From: the human T2T-CHM13v2.0 reference genome, Homo sapiens
Reading direction: 5' to 3' (one strand)
Assembly: GCF_009914755.1 (NCBI RefSeq)
Contig: NC_060928.1
Length of the DNA stretch: 64,000 nt
Numbering within the stretch: the first letter of the stretch is position 1; each line of letters starts with the position of its first letter. The notes under the pieces were generated by a model. That model had not been told where the DNA came from and ran no database searches. It was given only the letters and a program-made list of their open reading frames with translations. Made by a program: the position numbers and the translations under genes. Below, one piece after another: positions 14,592 to 28,900 of this stretch.

Positions 14592-16284
14592 TATCATGGC
14601 AAACGAATTTAAAAAAAAGCTGGAGTGCTGATATTCACATTAGATTAAGAGGATTTCAAAGCAAATAAAATGACCAGGGATAAAGAGCATAGTTTTATTT
14701 ATACACATAAGGTGATCAATTCATCAAGAGAACATATGTATGTTAAACATATTGTACCAATCAACAGAGCTTCAAAATACATGAAGCAAAAACTGATAGA
14801 ACTATAAGAAATAATGAGATTTACAAATATATTGGGAAATTTCAGTATCCCTCTCTCAATAGTTGAGAGATGTCTGAAACTCAGTAAGCATATAGAAAAG
14901 TTTATCAATACTATTAACAAAATAACAATTTTATTTATAAAATATTACACCCGACAAGAGCAGAATATATGTTAATTTCAAATATAGATGGAACAGTTAT
15001 CAAGATATAATTATATTATGGGCTATAAACCAAATCTCAAAATTTGAAAATATTCAAGACGTAAAAAGCATGACCACGTGGAATTTAGAAATCAATAATA
15101 TAAACATATTTAGAAAATCCTCACGTATTTTAAAACTAAATAACATTCTTTAAATAACCCACAAACAAAAGTTTAAAGTATTTTAAACTGAATGGAAATA
15201 AGCCTCTCCAAATTTCAAAATTTGTGAAATACAGATAAAGCAATACCTACATGGACATTTATAGCACTAAACACCTATTTTAGAAAAGAATTTAAATCAA
15301 TGATCTGAGCTTCCACATTAAGGCACCACAAAATTAAGAGCAAATTAAACACCATGTAAGTAGAAGAAAAGAAATGACAAGGCTAAGAGCTGAAATTAAT
15401 GAAATAGAATTAAAAATAGAGAAAAATCAGTGAAGCCAAAAAGTGGTTCTTTGAGATCAATAACACTGATAAACTGTAGCTAAACTGATCAGGAGAAAAG
15501 TATAGAAGACACAAATCACCAATATCATAAATGAGAGAGGCATATCACTATAGATACTATGAACATTAAATAAATATTTAGGGATTATATCAACTTCATT
15601 TCAACCAATTCAACAACTTAAGTAAAATGACCTAATTCCTTGAAAGACACAAACTTCCAAAGGTCATTCAAAAAGAATTAAAAACCTGAAATCTCTATAT
15701 CTAGTAAACAATTAGTATTTGCTGTTTAAACCTTTCCAGAAACAAAACTCAGGCTCACATGGCTTCACAGGTAAATTTGACTAAATAAGTAAGACATAAT
15801 AAAAAGTCTGTATAAAGTCCAGAAGTCTATATAATAAAAGAGAATGTTATAAAAAGTAAAAGTCTATATAAAAAGTCCAGAAAAATTTAGAGGAAGGGAC
15901 ACTTCCCATTCTATGAGGCTGTCATTACCATCATACAAAATCCAGGCAAAGATAAAGAAAAGAAAACCAATCTCTCTTATAAACACAGATACATGCAAAA
16001 ATTCTTAACACAACAAACCTGGCAATATATAGAAAGAATAACATATCATGACCAAGGGAAGTTCATCCCAGGGATGTAATAATACTGATTCAATATTCCA
16101 AAATCAATCAATATAATTTACATTAATAGATAAAGAACAAAAATATCCATAGGATAGTCTAAGAGAAACTCAGGAAACTATTAATAGAAGGAAACTAACT
16201 TCCTTAACCTGACTTAGAACAACTACAAAAAGCCTACAGGTAATAATATATTTAATGTAGAAAGACTGAATGCTTACTCCCTAT

Positions 16285-16644
16285 TGTATTAATCTGTTCT
16301 TATGCTGCTGATAAAGACATACCTGAGGCTGCATAATTTATAAAGGAAAGAGGTTTAATTGACTCACAGTTCCACATGGCTGGGGAGGCCTCACAATTAT
16401 GGCAGAAGGCAAAGGAGAGGCAAAGTCACGTCTTACATGGCAGCAGGCAAGAGGGCATGTGCAGAGAAACTCCCTTTTATCCAACCATCAGAACTCAAGA
16501 GGCGTATTCACTATCACAAGAACAACATGGGAAAAACCCACCCCCATGGTTCAATCACCTCCCACCAGGTCCCTTCCAGGACACATGGGGATTGTTATAA
16601 TTCAAGGTGAGATTTGGGTGGGGACACAGAGCCAAACCATATCA
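16285..16644 (-). mobile_element. THE1-family solo LTR
   Basis: tgtattaatctgttct...gccaaaccatatca. 5-bp TSD cctat (16280-16284 / 16645-16649). Confidence 0.92.
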
Positions 16645-16815
16645 CCTATGATCAAGAATAATCAAAGATTTATGTTCTCACTACTTCTATTCCATGTGGT
16701 ACTGGAGGTCTTAGTCAGTATAATAAATCAAGAAAAAGAAATACAATGCATAGAGCTTGGACAAAAAGATTAAGACAGTCCCTACTTGCAGATGATGTGA
16801 TTTGAACACACACTG

Positions 16816-17173
16816 TTCTATAGACTAAATGTTTGTGTCCCCACAAAATTCGTATGATAAATCCTAATGTTGAATGTGATGGTATTTGGAGGTGGAGCCT
16901 TTGCGAGGTGATTAGGTTGTGAGGTAGAGCCCTCATGAATGGGATTAGTGCCCTTCTAAGAGATCCCTTAGGCTTCTATGTCCCTTCTGCCATGTGAAGT
17001 GACAGTAAGAAGATGGTCATCTATGAACCAGGAAGCAGGCCCTTACCAAACATTGCATCTGTCAACTCCTTGATCTTGGGCTTCCTAGCCTCCAGAAGTG
17101 TGAGAAATAAATTTCGGTTTACAACTCACCCAGTCTATGGTATTTTGTTATAGCAACCTGAACAGACTAAGAC
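16816..17173 (+). mobile_element. MLT1A/MLT1A0-like solo LTR
   Basis: aatgtttgtgtcccc...ggtatttggaggtgg...ctcatgaatgggattagtgccctt...ttgttatagcaacctgaacagactaagac. Confidence 0.85.
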
Positions 17174-19494
17174 TGCTACAAAAGACATGTGGATATAAAA
17201 TAATTGTATAAAAAATTTCTCAACATCAGTCATTAGGAAAATGCAAATTAAAACTACGAGATACCACTATACAGCTATTAGAATGTATATAATTTCAAAA
17301 AAAAAAAGTGAAATGCCAAGTGCTGGTGAGAATTCATTGTTGGTAGGATTGCAAAAAGGTACAGCTACTTTAGAAAACAGTTTGAAATTTTCTTACAAAG
17401 TTAAACTTACACATATTATACAATATACAATCCAGTGATCTCATTCTTAGTTATTTACCCAAGTGGAATGAAAACCTATGTTCATACAAAAATCTCTTTA
17501 TTTGGAATTAATCCAAATGTTTCTCAGCAGGATGATGGATAAACACAGGTACATGCAAAAATTCCCGTCAAATGAAATACTACCCAGCAATAAAATGAGG
17601 GAACTGCACACAACGACATGGATAAATCTCAAATGTATTATGCTCAGTGAAATAAGTCAAGCTCAACAGGCTACGTGTTGTACGATTCCATTGATATTTT
17701 TAAAAAAGCAAAAACATAGGGGCAGATCAGTCTTTGCCCGGAAAGGTGGTTGCAGGGATTGATTGCAAAGGGAATGATTGCAAATGGGGAAATTTTTTGG
17801 CGTGATGAACCTGTTCTATATCTTGCTTGTGCAGGTGGCTACATGGTTGTATAGGTTGGTGAAAACTTGCAGAAGTATAATACAGAAAGCATAAGTTTTG
17901 CTGTGTATAAATTGCACCTTAATTTTTTTTAAGTTGAAAATGACTCAGCCCCAAAATGGGGGTTGTACAATTTCCTCTTTATTAAGAGATGGAAACAAAG
18001 ACTGTAATTAAAATAAATGTATTTCGCAAGTGGGGTTATGATGATGACACAGAAAATGGGTATCCAGCCCTCCCGAGAAAAGTATCCATGGGTATCCTGA
18101 AGGGCTTCCTGGAGAAAAAGAAGGTAACTAGCCAGACTTGCATTATTAGAAATCTGTCCATATCTTCCAGTTCTTCAAAATGCTATGACTTATTCTTTAC
18201 CATTAGCCTAAGGGGAAATAAACCTTACCCTCCTATTTCACATGCAAAGGAAATGGACTTCCTCCCTGTCCTTTTCTGAAGGTTTCTCTTTCTCTTCCAT
18301 CCAGTCTGTTTCAGTATTTTCATAAAGGAAGCTGCCAGAAACAGCCAAAGGGTCTGAAGGATCATGAAACACTATGTTGAAATTGGTAAAGACTGATCTT
18401 GACATATTCCTCTGACAACCTTTTGATTAATTTTCTGCTTCATTAAAACCCTTAATTAAATTAACACGGGGTGTAGCCATATCCTTGACATATTTTGTGT
18501 ATTAGCAAACAAATCCTTAGATTTCAAAGCCTGTGGCAGTGGAAAAAAGAAAAGGGCTCCTGAAGCTGGGTCAGTAGTTCATGGGAGATGGTGGTAATGA
18601 AGAGGAAGAGGATGAGGTTGGAGCTTGTTCAAAAGCCCTGTGGGATTTGAACAGTGGTGCTCAATGATAACACAGAGGAGGAGGCCTTGTGTGGATTGGC
18701 CTCACCTTGGTCAGACTCCAGCCTCCCACTATCGCCTGTCCTCCTCTCCCTACCCCTACCCCTAATCTGTTCCACCTCAGACAAGACATCACAACTCAAA
18801 ATGGTTAAACTCCTGAACAGATCATTCACCGCACCACGATCAATACTTGATTTGTCCCTTTAACACTTACAGATATAGCTTTGTAGGCGTGCTTTTCATG
18901 AGTGATGAAAAATGAGGTGTCAGTACTCATATCTTGAAAAATTCTAAAAACGATAAATTGATCATTTTTAAAGTTCCTCTTTCACCTCTCCCCATATGTT
19001 GGATTTAGCAGCACATATGCTACTGTTGGCATGATGTCTGTGCCTGCATTGTGCAGAACTTAAAACATGGGGAGGGGGAGGTAATAAAAATCAAAGATCT
19101 ATAATGGTATAAAAATTATGAACACATATAATTCATAAATGTATTCCTTCAAGTCAAATTATTTTAAGTGAAGTTACTGTCATTCCTATTTCATAGAAAA
19201 AATTAATTTCCACTAGGTTCTTTTCTAATATAACAGATTGACAAAGACGGGATGCAGGTTGCTCATGCATCTCGTGTATTAGCGTATGAATGGAACTTAC
19301 ACCCTTTCTACAATTAAATCACTGACTTGTGCCAGATGCAGGCTTATAGATGTTTTAATAAACAACACAAGTTTACCACTTTTCTTCATTTGTTAGCATA
19401 AAAATACAAACTTATGCTTATTTCTTGGAGGAAGGTCTTATGGGTTAGTTTACAAATTTCTGTGTAAACTTATCTGTTACAAATGAGTTTGGTT

Positions 19495-20200
19495 GATAGT
19501 CATACATTCAGCACAGGAGAATTTAGTGCCTACTAATGTGTCAAGCCATGCCTGGAAATATAGCGATGAAAACCACAGTTTCTGTTCTCAAAGATGCCAT
19601 AGGTCAATATACCGGGAGTAGTGACCCAGATTAGCACAGCGGATATAGGCGTATATAGAAAAGTAAATTCAGTAAGATTAGGGAGGTGGTCAGTAAAGTC
19701 TTCTAGGAGTCACCATTGCTGATGTTAAGGTTTGGTAGATGAAAAAATGTTGTTTAATGGCCCTGGTGAAGGTTTGGGAAAGCATCAGGGAAGAAAAGCC
19801 TCACTAAAAGACATAGCTGTATGTGCCAATCACAAACATGCAAAGCAGTAAGTATGGTGGGGGTGGGGAGGCAGTACACCTAACAAAACAGTGTGGTCGA
19901 AGGCCTGGAGAATGGTTCAAGATGAGGCTTGAGAGGAAAGCATGAAACAGTTCATGAAAGGAAACAAAGAAATATAAGCGTGTCCCGGGAACTGTGAGGA
20001 GCTACTGGAATATTTTAAGGATGGATAGGATCCGGTTGGATTTCTCCTGCCGTAGAGTTATCACTGGCAGCAATGTAGAAGGGTGAGATGGATTTTGGAA
20101 TGAGAATTTAGTGGCAGGAGGCAGTGGAACAAGGTAGGAGGAGGTGAAAAAAATTCAAGTTGGAAACAATTAGAACTTGAACTTGGAGGAAAAGAGAAGA
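19495..20200 (-). mobile_element. L2 remnant
   Basis: Reverse-strand L2 motifs (agtgcctactaatgtgtcaag, gagctactggaatattttaag, tggcagcaatgtagaaggg). Boundaries approximate. Confidence 0.6.
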
Positions 20201-20844
20201 GGGCAGTGCATGATAAATGCTGTTGCATTTCATTGAATGAACAAAAGGAGAGCTACTGTTGGCACTAGTCAAGGATACAGACCTCATGGGAAGGCTTTTA
20301 AAAAACTGTATCTCCTAAAGATAAAATATAATACTATCTCCATGGTTACAGCATATAGCCTTGTATTGGGTGATCCATATTGCTGCACACATTGTTTTAC
20401 CTGGAATACTTCATTTTTACACAGACTAGAGTTGTTTAGTAGGAGAGATAGCAGCAGCAGCTCCAGAGGGATGTAAAGAAAGAAAGTTTGGCTCCTGTGG
20501 GCGGTGGGAGGATGTTAGGTGTCATACTAAGTGCAGGGCACTCTGCATTAACTCTTTTCATCCTGACAACAATCCCTTGAAATAGTGCTCTGGTAAATAC
20601 CACATAATGTTGAGAAGACTTGGAGACAGAGAGATTAAGTGACTGGACTGAGATCACACAGCTGGTGAGGGGAGGGATCAGAATTCCATCTCAAATCCTC
20701 ATCTCCTCTTCTTTACATCTTTATCTCATGAAACTTCACTGTCTTTTTCTAATGTTCTTCTGTTGGTCTCCTGATTTCACCATTCTGTATTTACAGCCTG
20801 AATAATAAAAGGTATACAATCTTCAAGAAGATCTTTTGAGAATC

Positions 20845-21085
20845 AGCATGGCAGGGTGGTAATGAGCAAGGGCCCTGGCGTGCAAATGCTTGAGTTCATA
20901 TTCTGCCTCCATCATTTACTAGCTGTGTATCTTCAGGCTCTATGCTTTGGTTGACCTATATCTAAAACAGAAATAAGATAATCTCCAATTTAGGGTTTTA
21001 GGAGGATTAAGTGAGTTTATAGACATGAAGCACATATAAAAATGCCTGATGCATAGTAGGCACTTACTAAATATTAGCTATTGTT
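20845..21085 (+). mobile_element. MIR
   Basis: tttactagctgtgtatctt...aggattaagtgagt...gcctgatgcatagtaggcacttactaaatattagctatt. Confidence 0.85.
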
Positions 21086-21182
21086 TATTGCACCTAATGA
21101 AATAAATGGTTTCTGTGTTGATATCAAGAAAGACAACTACATCTTAACAAAGGTGCCTCAAAGGCGATGAAGCCCCGCATCA
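21014..21182 (+). repeat. 169-bp inverted repeat, arm 1 (donor)
   Basis: Reverse complement of 22149-22317 with 7 mismatches and no gaps (manual alignment). Confidence 0.97.
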
Positions 21183-21366
21183 TGCCGTAAGAAGACCAGA
21201 ACTTCAGAGTCAGTGTTGCACGGCTATTCCATCCAGAAACTGTGCTGCTTTGCGCACACAAAAAACTATGTCTCTTTAAACCTAGATTGCCTTATCCTTA
21301 AAGTGACATCTCAGTATATCTTCAGCAGAAAATATAAAGTTTAAAAAATAAATAATATAGTCATAG

Positions 21367-21763
<397 letters not shown>

Positions 21764-22148
21764 TAAAATGATTTGAGAGGTTTTACAAAGCTCTGAGATT
21801 TTTTTTTCCTCCTTTTTGGGTTTCCTTTACCTTCCCAAAAGGATTGCTCTCATAATGTGGTAAGATTGCTCTTTGTTTCTGATAAGGGTATGTTGTAGAT
21901 CACAGGTATGCAAGATTGGAATAGAGGTTTAAAAAAACACCCTTTTAGCCCCATATCTTCATTTTGCAGATGAGAAAAAAGACCCAGCAAATTTAAATAT
22001 ACTGCACAAGGTCACATAGCAGATAAGCGACAGAATTGGGACTAGTTCTTTTAAACCTGCCTAGTGGTTTACTGCATCATTTTGCTTCTCTTTTAAGGAT
22101 CAATCCTTCTAAAATTTTAAAGTGTTTTAAAGAGGTAAGGTCTTTACT

Positions 22149-22317
22149 TGATGCTGGGCTTCATCGCCTTTGAGGCACCTTTGTTAGGATGTAGTTGTCT
22201 TTCTTGATATCAACACAGAAACCATTTATTTCATTAGGTGCAATAAACAATAGCTAATATTTAGTAAGTGTCTACTATGCATCAGGCATTGTTATATGTG
22301 CTTCACATCAATAAACT
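22149..22317 (-). repeat. 169-bp inverted repeat, arm 2 (inserted copy)
   Basis: Reverse complement of 21014-21182, flanked by tttaaagaggt at 22126-22136 and 22317-22327. Confidence 0.97.
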
Positions 22318-24853
22318 TTAAAGAGGTGTAGATACATCATTCTTTGACTGAGACATTTAACTGGGGACAAAAGATTACAGCCAAATTAAAACCCTTAGAA
22401 GATCCAAACTCTACACAGATTGTACTGCCACCTCTTCCTCATACATAATTCACAAAAATATCAATATCAAACCATAAGGTAAATGTAAAGAAGTCCAACA
22501 AAGTTATGATTTCCAGTTATGATGTCCTCACTGCCTTATTTGAAATATCCATTTCGAATCTTCACAGAATTCTTTTAAAATATCAGGATGCCCCACATAG
22601 GCTGTTGCTCCAAGTATGTTCATGTCTTGAGATCAGGTTTGTCATAAAAATGAGGCAAAGATGGCCAATGTGTATTGGCCCCCAGTTTGTCCATTTCTTC
22701 ACTGCAGGCTGAAACCTGTTAGCTCAAAAGCCACTGGCTCCAAACTCAAACTTTTATACATCTGATTGTTTAGAAATATAGCCCAAACAAGCACATATTT
22801 AACCACGTAGAACCTGCCTGTTTTATATACCCTATAAAACCTCACCTGGTAGGTGTTCCTACTGATAATATAAAGCCTAGCGGTTATACGGTCCCAAGTC
22901 ACTGCTGCCCTTCAGAGCACTCTGACCTGGGAATTCCCTGCTGTGCTGCTGAGCCATGCTTGTTAAGGCCCCCAGTATGATTGATCCTCTTCTCCCTTGG
23001 GAGTTACCTTGCCTTCCTTCTGAATGATGGCCACCTGCCCTTAAGCCTCTGAGCAGTCTCCTGTTGTGAGAGGCCTCCCCTCTCATGCAACCCTGTCCAA
23101 TTACTGTCTTAAAGGAGAAAGACACACTCTTACCTGAACCCAGGACACAGCCAGATGTTGTATATGAATTAATCCTGCCTATATTAACTTGTTTCAATAT
23201 CTTTTCCTAAGATATTGGATATGCCACACCAAAAAAATGTTCAGGTCAAAGAAATTCTGACCCATAAATTAAACTTCACTACATATTACTTCAAGAGACT
23301 TCTTCCTTAGCCAAATTTCTGGGTAACTCATAAAGAGCCCCATTCATAGGTTCATTCTCAGAGTGGCAATGGCATCAAAAAACTATGATTCAGCAACAAA
23401 GGAAGACATTTCAAAGAAACCATTTCCTAATTGCACATTGCAATCCCTATAAAGAGGCTAGGAGTATCTCCCTATTGTTTTATTTTTCTTTCCTCTATGT
23501 CTCCTCATAGATACCCCACTGCCCTTGCCCCTCCTGATCTCCTAGGCTTCCCTGAGAACTCCTGCCCAGCCTTAGCTTATATGCTCAACCCTTGCCCTGC
23601 ACATGTCCATTCCCACCTGATCATGGCAGTATATAGTTATTCTCTGCAAGAATGATTTTCCTCAGAAAGTGGAGATAGGAAGAACTATAGCAGAGAGAGG
23701 CAGAAGCCCCATGAGTTGTCTTGGGAGGGAAACCTTGGCCACGCTCACCTGTTAATGATGTTCGTTCCATTCCACAGTAGCCTTCTTTCTCCTTAGATTC
23801 ACAGCAAGATATGTCCAATGATAGGTGTTGTTTTCAATCTCAATCTTCTTTGTGTTGCTCCTTCAGTGCCTGACAGCAGGTTCAGTTTCTGGGGAGCTTT
23901 CAATAGTTGTTCTTAACCACTTGAGGGAAAAAAAAGCTCTTGAAGATATCCGTAGATTCTATAACTGTTTGCTCTTGGTTTTGAAAATGATATTTTCCAA
24001 TTAGTCTTTGCCAAGCTTGTTCCCCTTATCCTGAGGGGAAAGTCAGCAGGGAGCAAAATGTAGACCATGAGAAGTGACACACTTGACCTTGCAAACAGTG
24101 TGAAGGTCTAGCTTTATTAGTCTGCAGCATTGCAAGAGATATTGGCTCCAGTCTTTGGTAAAGCTTTTAATAGGAAGAAACTTCTTAAAATTGAAAATCA
24201 GTTTCCTTGACTAAAAATAGTCTGATAGAAATTATTCTCATTGACAATCAGGTTACATTGCTCAAGGTCAGCCATCCAGAGAACTGAACAGAGAAGCAAA
24301 AAGTTCAGGGAAACTTTTACTTCAAGTTCTGCATTTGAGAAAATCCATTTATCACTCTGAAAAAACGATACCCACATGTTTCCAACTTTGGGATACATTT
24401 AAATATAGTTTCATGCTGGATTTATGACCTGATCTCTCTAAGTTTACCTGTCTTTGCAAAGTAGATTTGTTTTTGAAAGTTTGCATCTAACACAAATTTG
24501 TATAAAACAGACTCATTATTAAGCAATTGTTATTAAATTCTTTAAAATGGAAATACACAGATTGTTACATAATACAGAGATTATGTGTAGGGGTTGGAAT
24601 AATTTATCATTTAAAGCAATATTGTGATCAAGTCATTGATAATGTGACATAACCTTCTCTATTATAAATAAATATTTACTCTCTGCTTAGGAAAACACAA
24701 CTCAACTAAATGCTGAGTCTGAAGATTCCTGCCCCCAAGCAGCCAGGTCATCTTGGTGAGGTTATGACTGTTTATTCTAATAATATTTGCAGGGCGGGTC
24801 CTGTAATAAACCATTCCCTTGCAACTCTCTAAAACTTTGATCAGAATAAACTA

Positions 24854-25453
24854 CAGCAGGTTCTCAAATAACAATTTCATTCAGCATCTTTTCAGTAATG
24901 CCGATGAGCAAAAAAAAAAAAAAAGATTCCCAGCTAGGACCGTTCTCTGTGTGGAGTTTGTACATTTTCCCCATGTCTGTGTGGGTTTTCTTTGGATACC
25001 CTTGTTCTTCCCACATCCCAAAGCTGTGCACATTAGGTTCACTGGTATGTCTAAATGTGTTCCTGGTCTGAGTGAGTGTGGGTGTGTGTGAGTGCACCCT
25101 GAAATGGGATGGTGTCCTACCCAGGACTGCTTCCTGCCTTGCACCTTGAGCTGTTGGACCAGACTCTGGCCCCCTGTGACCCTGAACTGGAAGAATTTGG
25201 TAAATAATTATCTAAGTCATTTTTATTAATCTTTCTTATATGCATATGCACCTCACATTTATTTCAGTGTTTAATATTAGAAGTGTTTGGGTTTTTCTTT
25301 AGAAGTTTGGTGACGTGTTTGTGACAAGAAATGTGAGGTAGGAAATTAACGCTTGTTTATACCAATTAGCCTATGGTAAAATTAGTTTTGAGATAACATT
25401 GTTTCATTTAGTCACAGTTTCCAAGAAACTATCTACAAAGTGAAGACTTACTA
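24854..25453 (+). mobile_element. MER6/MER6A (TcMar-Tigger) DNA transposon
   Basis: ta|cagcaggttctcaaataac start and core tgtgtggagtttgtacattttccccatgtctgtgtgggttttc...cccacatcccaaag. About 600 bp long. Confidence 0.85.
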
Positions 25454-27627
25454 TGCAAGGAATATTCTTGGATAAAATCATTGAAAAGGGTCATTGGGAT
25501 AGGAGGATGATAGAAAAATGGAAAGAATCAGGCAGATGTATTTTTAAAGTTCATGCCGTATACTAGCTATATGGACTCAGACTTGGTTAATTTATTTAAT
25601 ATCCAAACCTCAGTTTCATTATCTCCAAAGTGGAGTTAAGGATGCTTTTCCTGATAGGATTATTGTGAGCTTTAAATGAGATAAGGTATGCAAAATATCT
25701 GGCATGGGGCTAGACATTGCTTCTCCTTTCCTTGCCACTATATGAAATCTCACTTACACGAGAGTTGCCTCCTTTCCTATTTTTCAACAAGACATGAGTC
25801 TACCTTCTTCATCTCTGCCTTTCTTTCATCGTTCTTCCCAGCTAGAGTACTCTTTCACTTCCACACTGTTTCAAATATTTGAGGTTCAGCTTATACCCTA
25901 TCTTCTCACTAAATGCAACTCTTTGCTGTTTATCACAACACATAGGGTTCTCTCTCTTAAAACAATAACAGATAAACAAACCCAACTGCTGTTCTTTGAG
26001 TGCCTACTATGTTGAAGATGTCCCACATATATTATCTCCAAAGAAATTCTATCAAATCTGTATTATTTGTACATAGACATATTTTAAAACATGTAGCTCA
26101 GGGAGGTCACCCATTTGCCCCAGGTCACACAGCTAGTAAGCAGCACACTAGGGATTCAAATCCAAGCCTGCTTGACTTCAAAGGTCGAGATCTCTCTTGA
26201 CCACAAAATTGGCAAATTGAATAAAAGCAACTTGCATTTTTAAACATTTTCAAGATGGAAGAGAAACCTAATACTTGTGGGGACCATTGTATAAAAGATA
26301 TGGGAATAGTAACGCAAGCCACTGAATCACCTGGTTGGAGCTCAGGGCAGTTATAAATCAATGCCTATGGGACCCATTCAGTATTTGGTAAATGCAGAGA
26401 TTCTTTGTCTTGTGGAGAAGGATGTTTTGTTTGTTTGTTTTAAGGAGGTGGTAACCTTTTAAGAACAGGTTAAAGAGACAAGCCACCAAAGACTCCAATA
26501 TCCTTAACAATTTTTTTTCTAATTTGTTCAATGAATATGTTCTTTTGGTCCCACTGTACCTAAACAGGATTCTGAGACTTTAAATCATGATTTTATCAGA
26601 CACAGTAATCTAGAACTTTGGACTGAGAAGGGATCTGATAAATCATGTGATTCAATATTTTCATTTTGTCCTTTAAGATATTGAGATTCAGAGAGATTAA
26701 GGGACTTGCCCTCACTTATAAATGCAGTTAATGATATGTATTTTGGCTCAAGTGGCCAATTATTTGTCTTCTCTAGTACTTCCTCCACTTGATGGGATGA
26801 TAGAATACTTGAGGATGGAGATGGCACTATAGGCTTTGTTTTATCTCACATTCTGGACTCACGGTAGTTATGTAATATGGAGTACTAGAACAGAATTCAA
26901 GAAGGGTGATAGTGAGTGCTTCAGGTCTTCTTTTTTGATAAAAAGCAAGACAAGAAAAATAAATTGCTGAACACAGAAGTTTGCTGACTCTGCAAAAGCA
27001 TGTCAGATATGATTACGTTTTGGCCTAGTGATTAACTAAATAGAGCATGTGCCATGGTGTTATCGTAAGAGACCAACAGCTGTTATTAAAGGAAGCTATC
27101 TTGACTAGATCATGTTCTTACCTTAGTAAATGTCTTGTATATTTTCTCTCTGTTTTTTGACATCAGAATGATTCCAGAGCTTCCACCATCTCTGTTGTTC
27201 ATACAGTGAGAATTTTGTGGTCTCTCATCTGATATCTAAAAATCCTTCACTCTTTGTTCCTAGCCCACATTCTACCCAACTGCTGATGCCTCACTCTGCC
27301 CCATGGCATCTCCTGTTGCTTTGTTTCTGACTTGACTTTGATAACTGCCTACAGCCCTGCTTCAGAGGCCAGCCAACAGGGGATGCCCAGGGTCCCAGGC
27401 TGAGCAGGTGAGAGGGTGGAAATTAGAAGGGAAATATCTCTTCTATTAAATCATAGATGTAAATCACAAATAAATTCCCAGAGATTTTAGCTAGGAAGAG
27501 CCCTGAAAGCAGACTTAGCAGAAATAAATTATTGATACCCATAAGTATTGTTGGTGACATGTTTGTAGGATTGATAAGACAGTCCTGGCCCACAAGGAAC
27601 TGAGCATAGAGTGAGTGAAACCCTTAG

Positions 27628-28040
27628 TGTGCAGAGGCTGGCTAGAGGCTCAGCAATCCCACTTCTGTTCCATGGACACTCAGCAAAACTATACTTTTCA
27701 GCTTTCTTTACATTGTTAGGTTGGGGCCATGTGGCTCAATATGGCCCTTCAAATGTTGGCAGAAGGGATTTCTAGAACTGGCCTTAAAACATAGCTCTTT
27801 CTTTCCAGTTCATGTGGCTGATCATGTAATGATGTGATCATATAATCATGTTATGATGAACTCATGTGATAAGAGGTATCTGGATCATTGAGCTATTGCA
27901 TGGAAGTGAGCTGCTGAGGATAGCCTCCCAATGTTTATTGGATTGTGACTTGAATGAAAAGCAAAACTTTGTTGCCTTGAGCCATTTAAATTTGGGTATA
28001 TTTGTACTGTAGCATAAGATATTTTATACTACACATGACT
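27628..28040 (+). mobile_element. Old MLT1 (J-like) LTR
   Basis: tgtgcagaggctggcta...ttaggttggggccatgtg...aactttgttgccttgagccat...tttgtactgtagcata. Confidence 0.65.
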
Positions 28041-28649
28041 ACAAGACAATGGAATTGCTTCCCAGTGAAATTTTTTCAAATATTATGCTGTCACCAAGGA
28101 CAGCAACTCTGTTATCCTGGGGAATTATGGGATGCTTCCTATAAAAAGAGATGTGTAAGGTAAGTCTTAAGATAATTCATCCTTTTCTGTTTTCACCTTT
28201 CTCTTTCTGGATTTTTTCTTTATATATCAAAGCTCCTTTAATTGAAATAGAAAGTGGAATGTTAAAAGTAGAAAACAGATCCAGGTGAATTTATGTCTTT
28301 GGCCCTCTTTTAGCAATGAGTTAGAGAAGTTTAAAAGTTCACTTTCATGTAGAAGAGAATTAGATGATAATTATTGCATGGAAACACAAGTTGTAAAGAA
28401 AGGGCATCAGATAAAGCACCTGTAGAATTATACCTACTCTTTGGAGTTGGAGTAAAGTTAGGATGGGCTCAGAAATCTGCACCTTAGAGACTTTTAAATT
28501 TGCTGAATCTTATGTATTTTCCTTAAGGATGTTTACACACAAGAGAAGCCTTAAATGCACTGGCAGTTGGCACCATTTGGTAAGAGTAGACCTCTTGTTA
28601 CAGCTGTTGGATGGTAAGATGACTCTAGTTTGAATTATTTATTTTTTTA

Positions 28650-28900
28650 ATATAATGAACACTAATGATCCAAGAACTATCCAAAGCACTTCATGAATAT
28701 AAACCTCCTTAATATTCATCAATACCTTATGAGATACTTACTAATATTTTCTTCATTTTAAAGATGAGAAAACTGAAGCATAGAGAGTTTAAGATTATAC
28801 ATTTCCCAAGATTGCACATATAAAAAGTGTTGGAACCAGGATTTGAACCCAGGATGTCTGGCTCCAGATCCCAAGCATGTCACTGCTTTGCCATGCTGTG
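28650..28900 (-). mobile_element. MIR
   Basis: cattttaaagatgagaaaactgaagcatagagag...ggatttgaacccagg. Confidence 0.85.

Larger units (their letters stand above)
12278..17940 (+). mobile_element. Ancient L1M (L1MC/MD-like) LINE-1, decayed, spanning 5' end, ORF1, ORF2 and 3'UTR, with internal deletions and nested insertions
   Basis: A-rich + strand. L1M-type 5' start gacttctgctttcaagcaagatg. ORF2 remnants (aacaagacccaactatatactgcctataag, aacagagcttcaaaatacatgaagcaaaaactg, ttgcagatgat). 3'UTR gtataaattgcaccttaat. Confidence 0.85.

Noticed and set aside
17989-18279. 96-aa ORF with an internal donor-like aag|gtaact at about 18123
   Set aside because: Weak acceptor and no protein family recognised. 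It would need spliced-read evidence.
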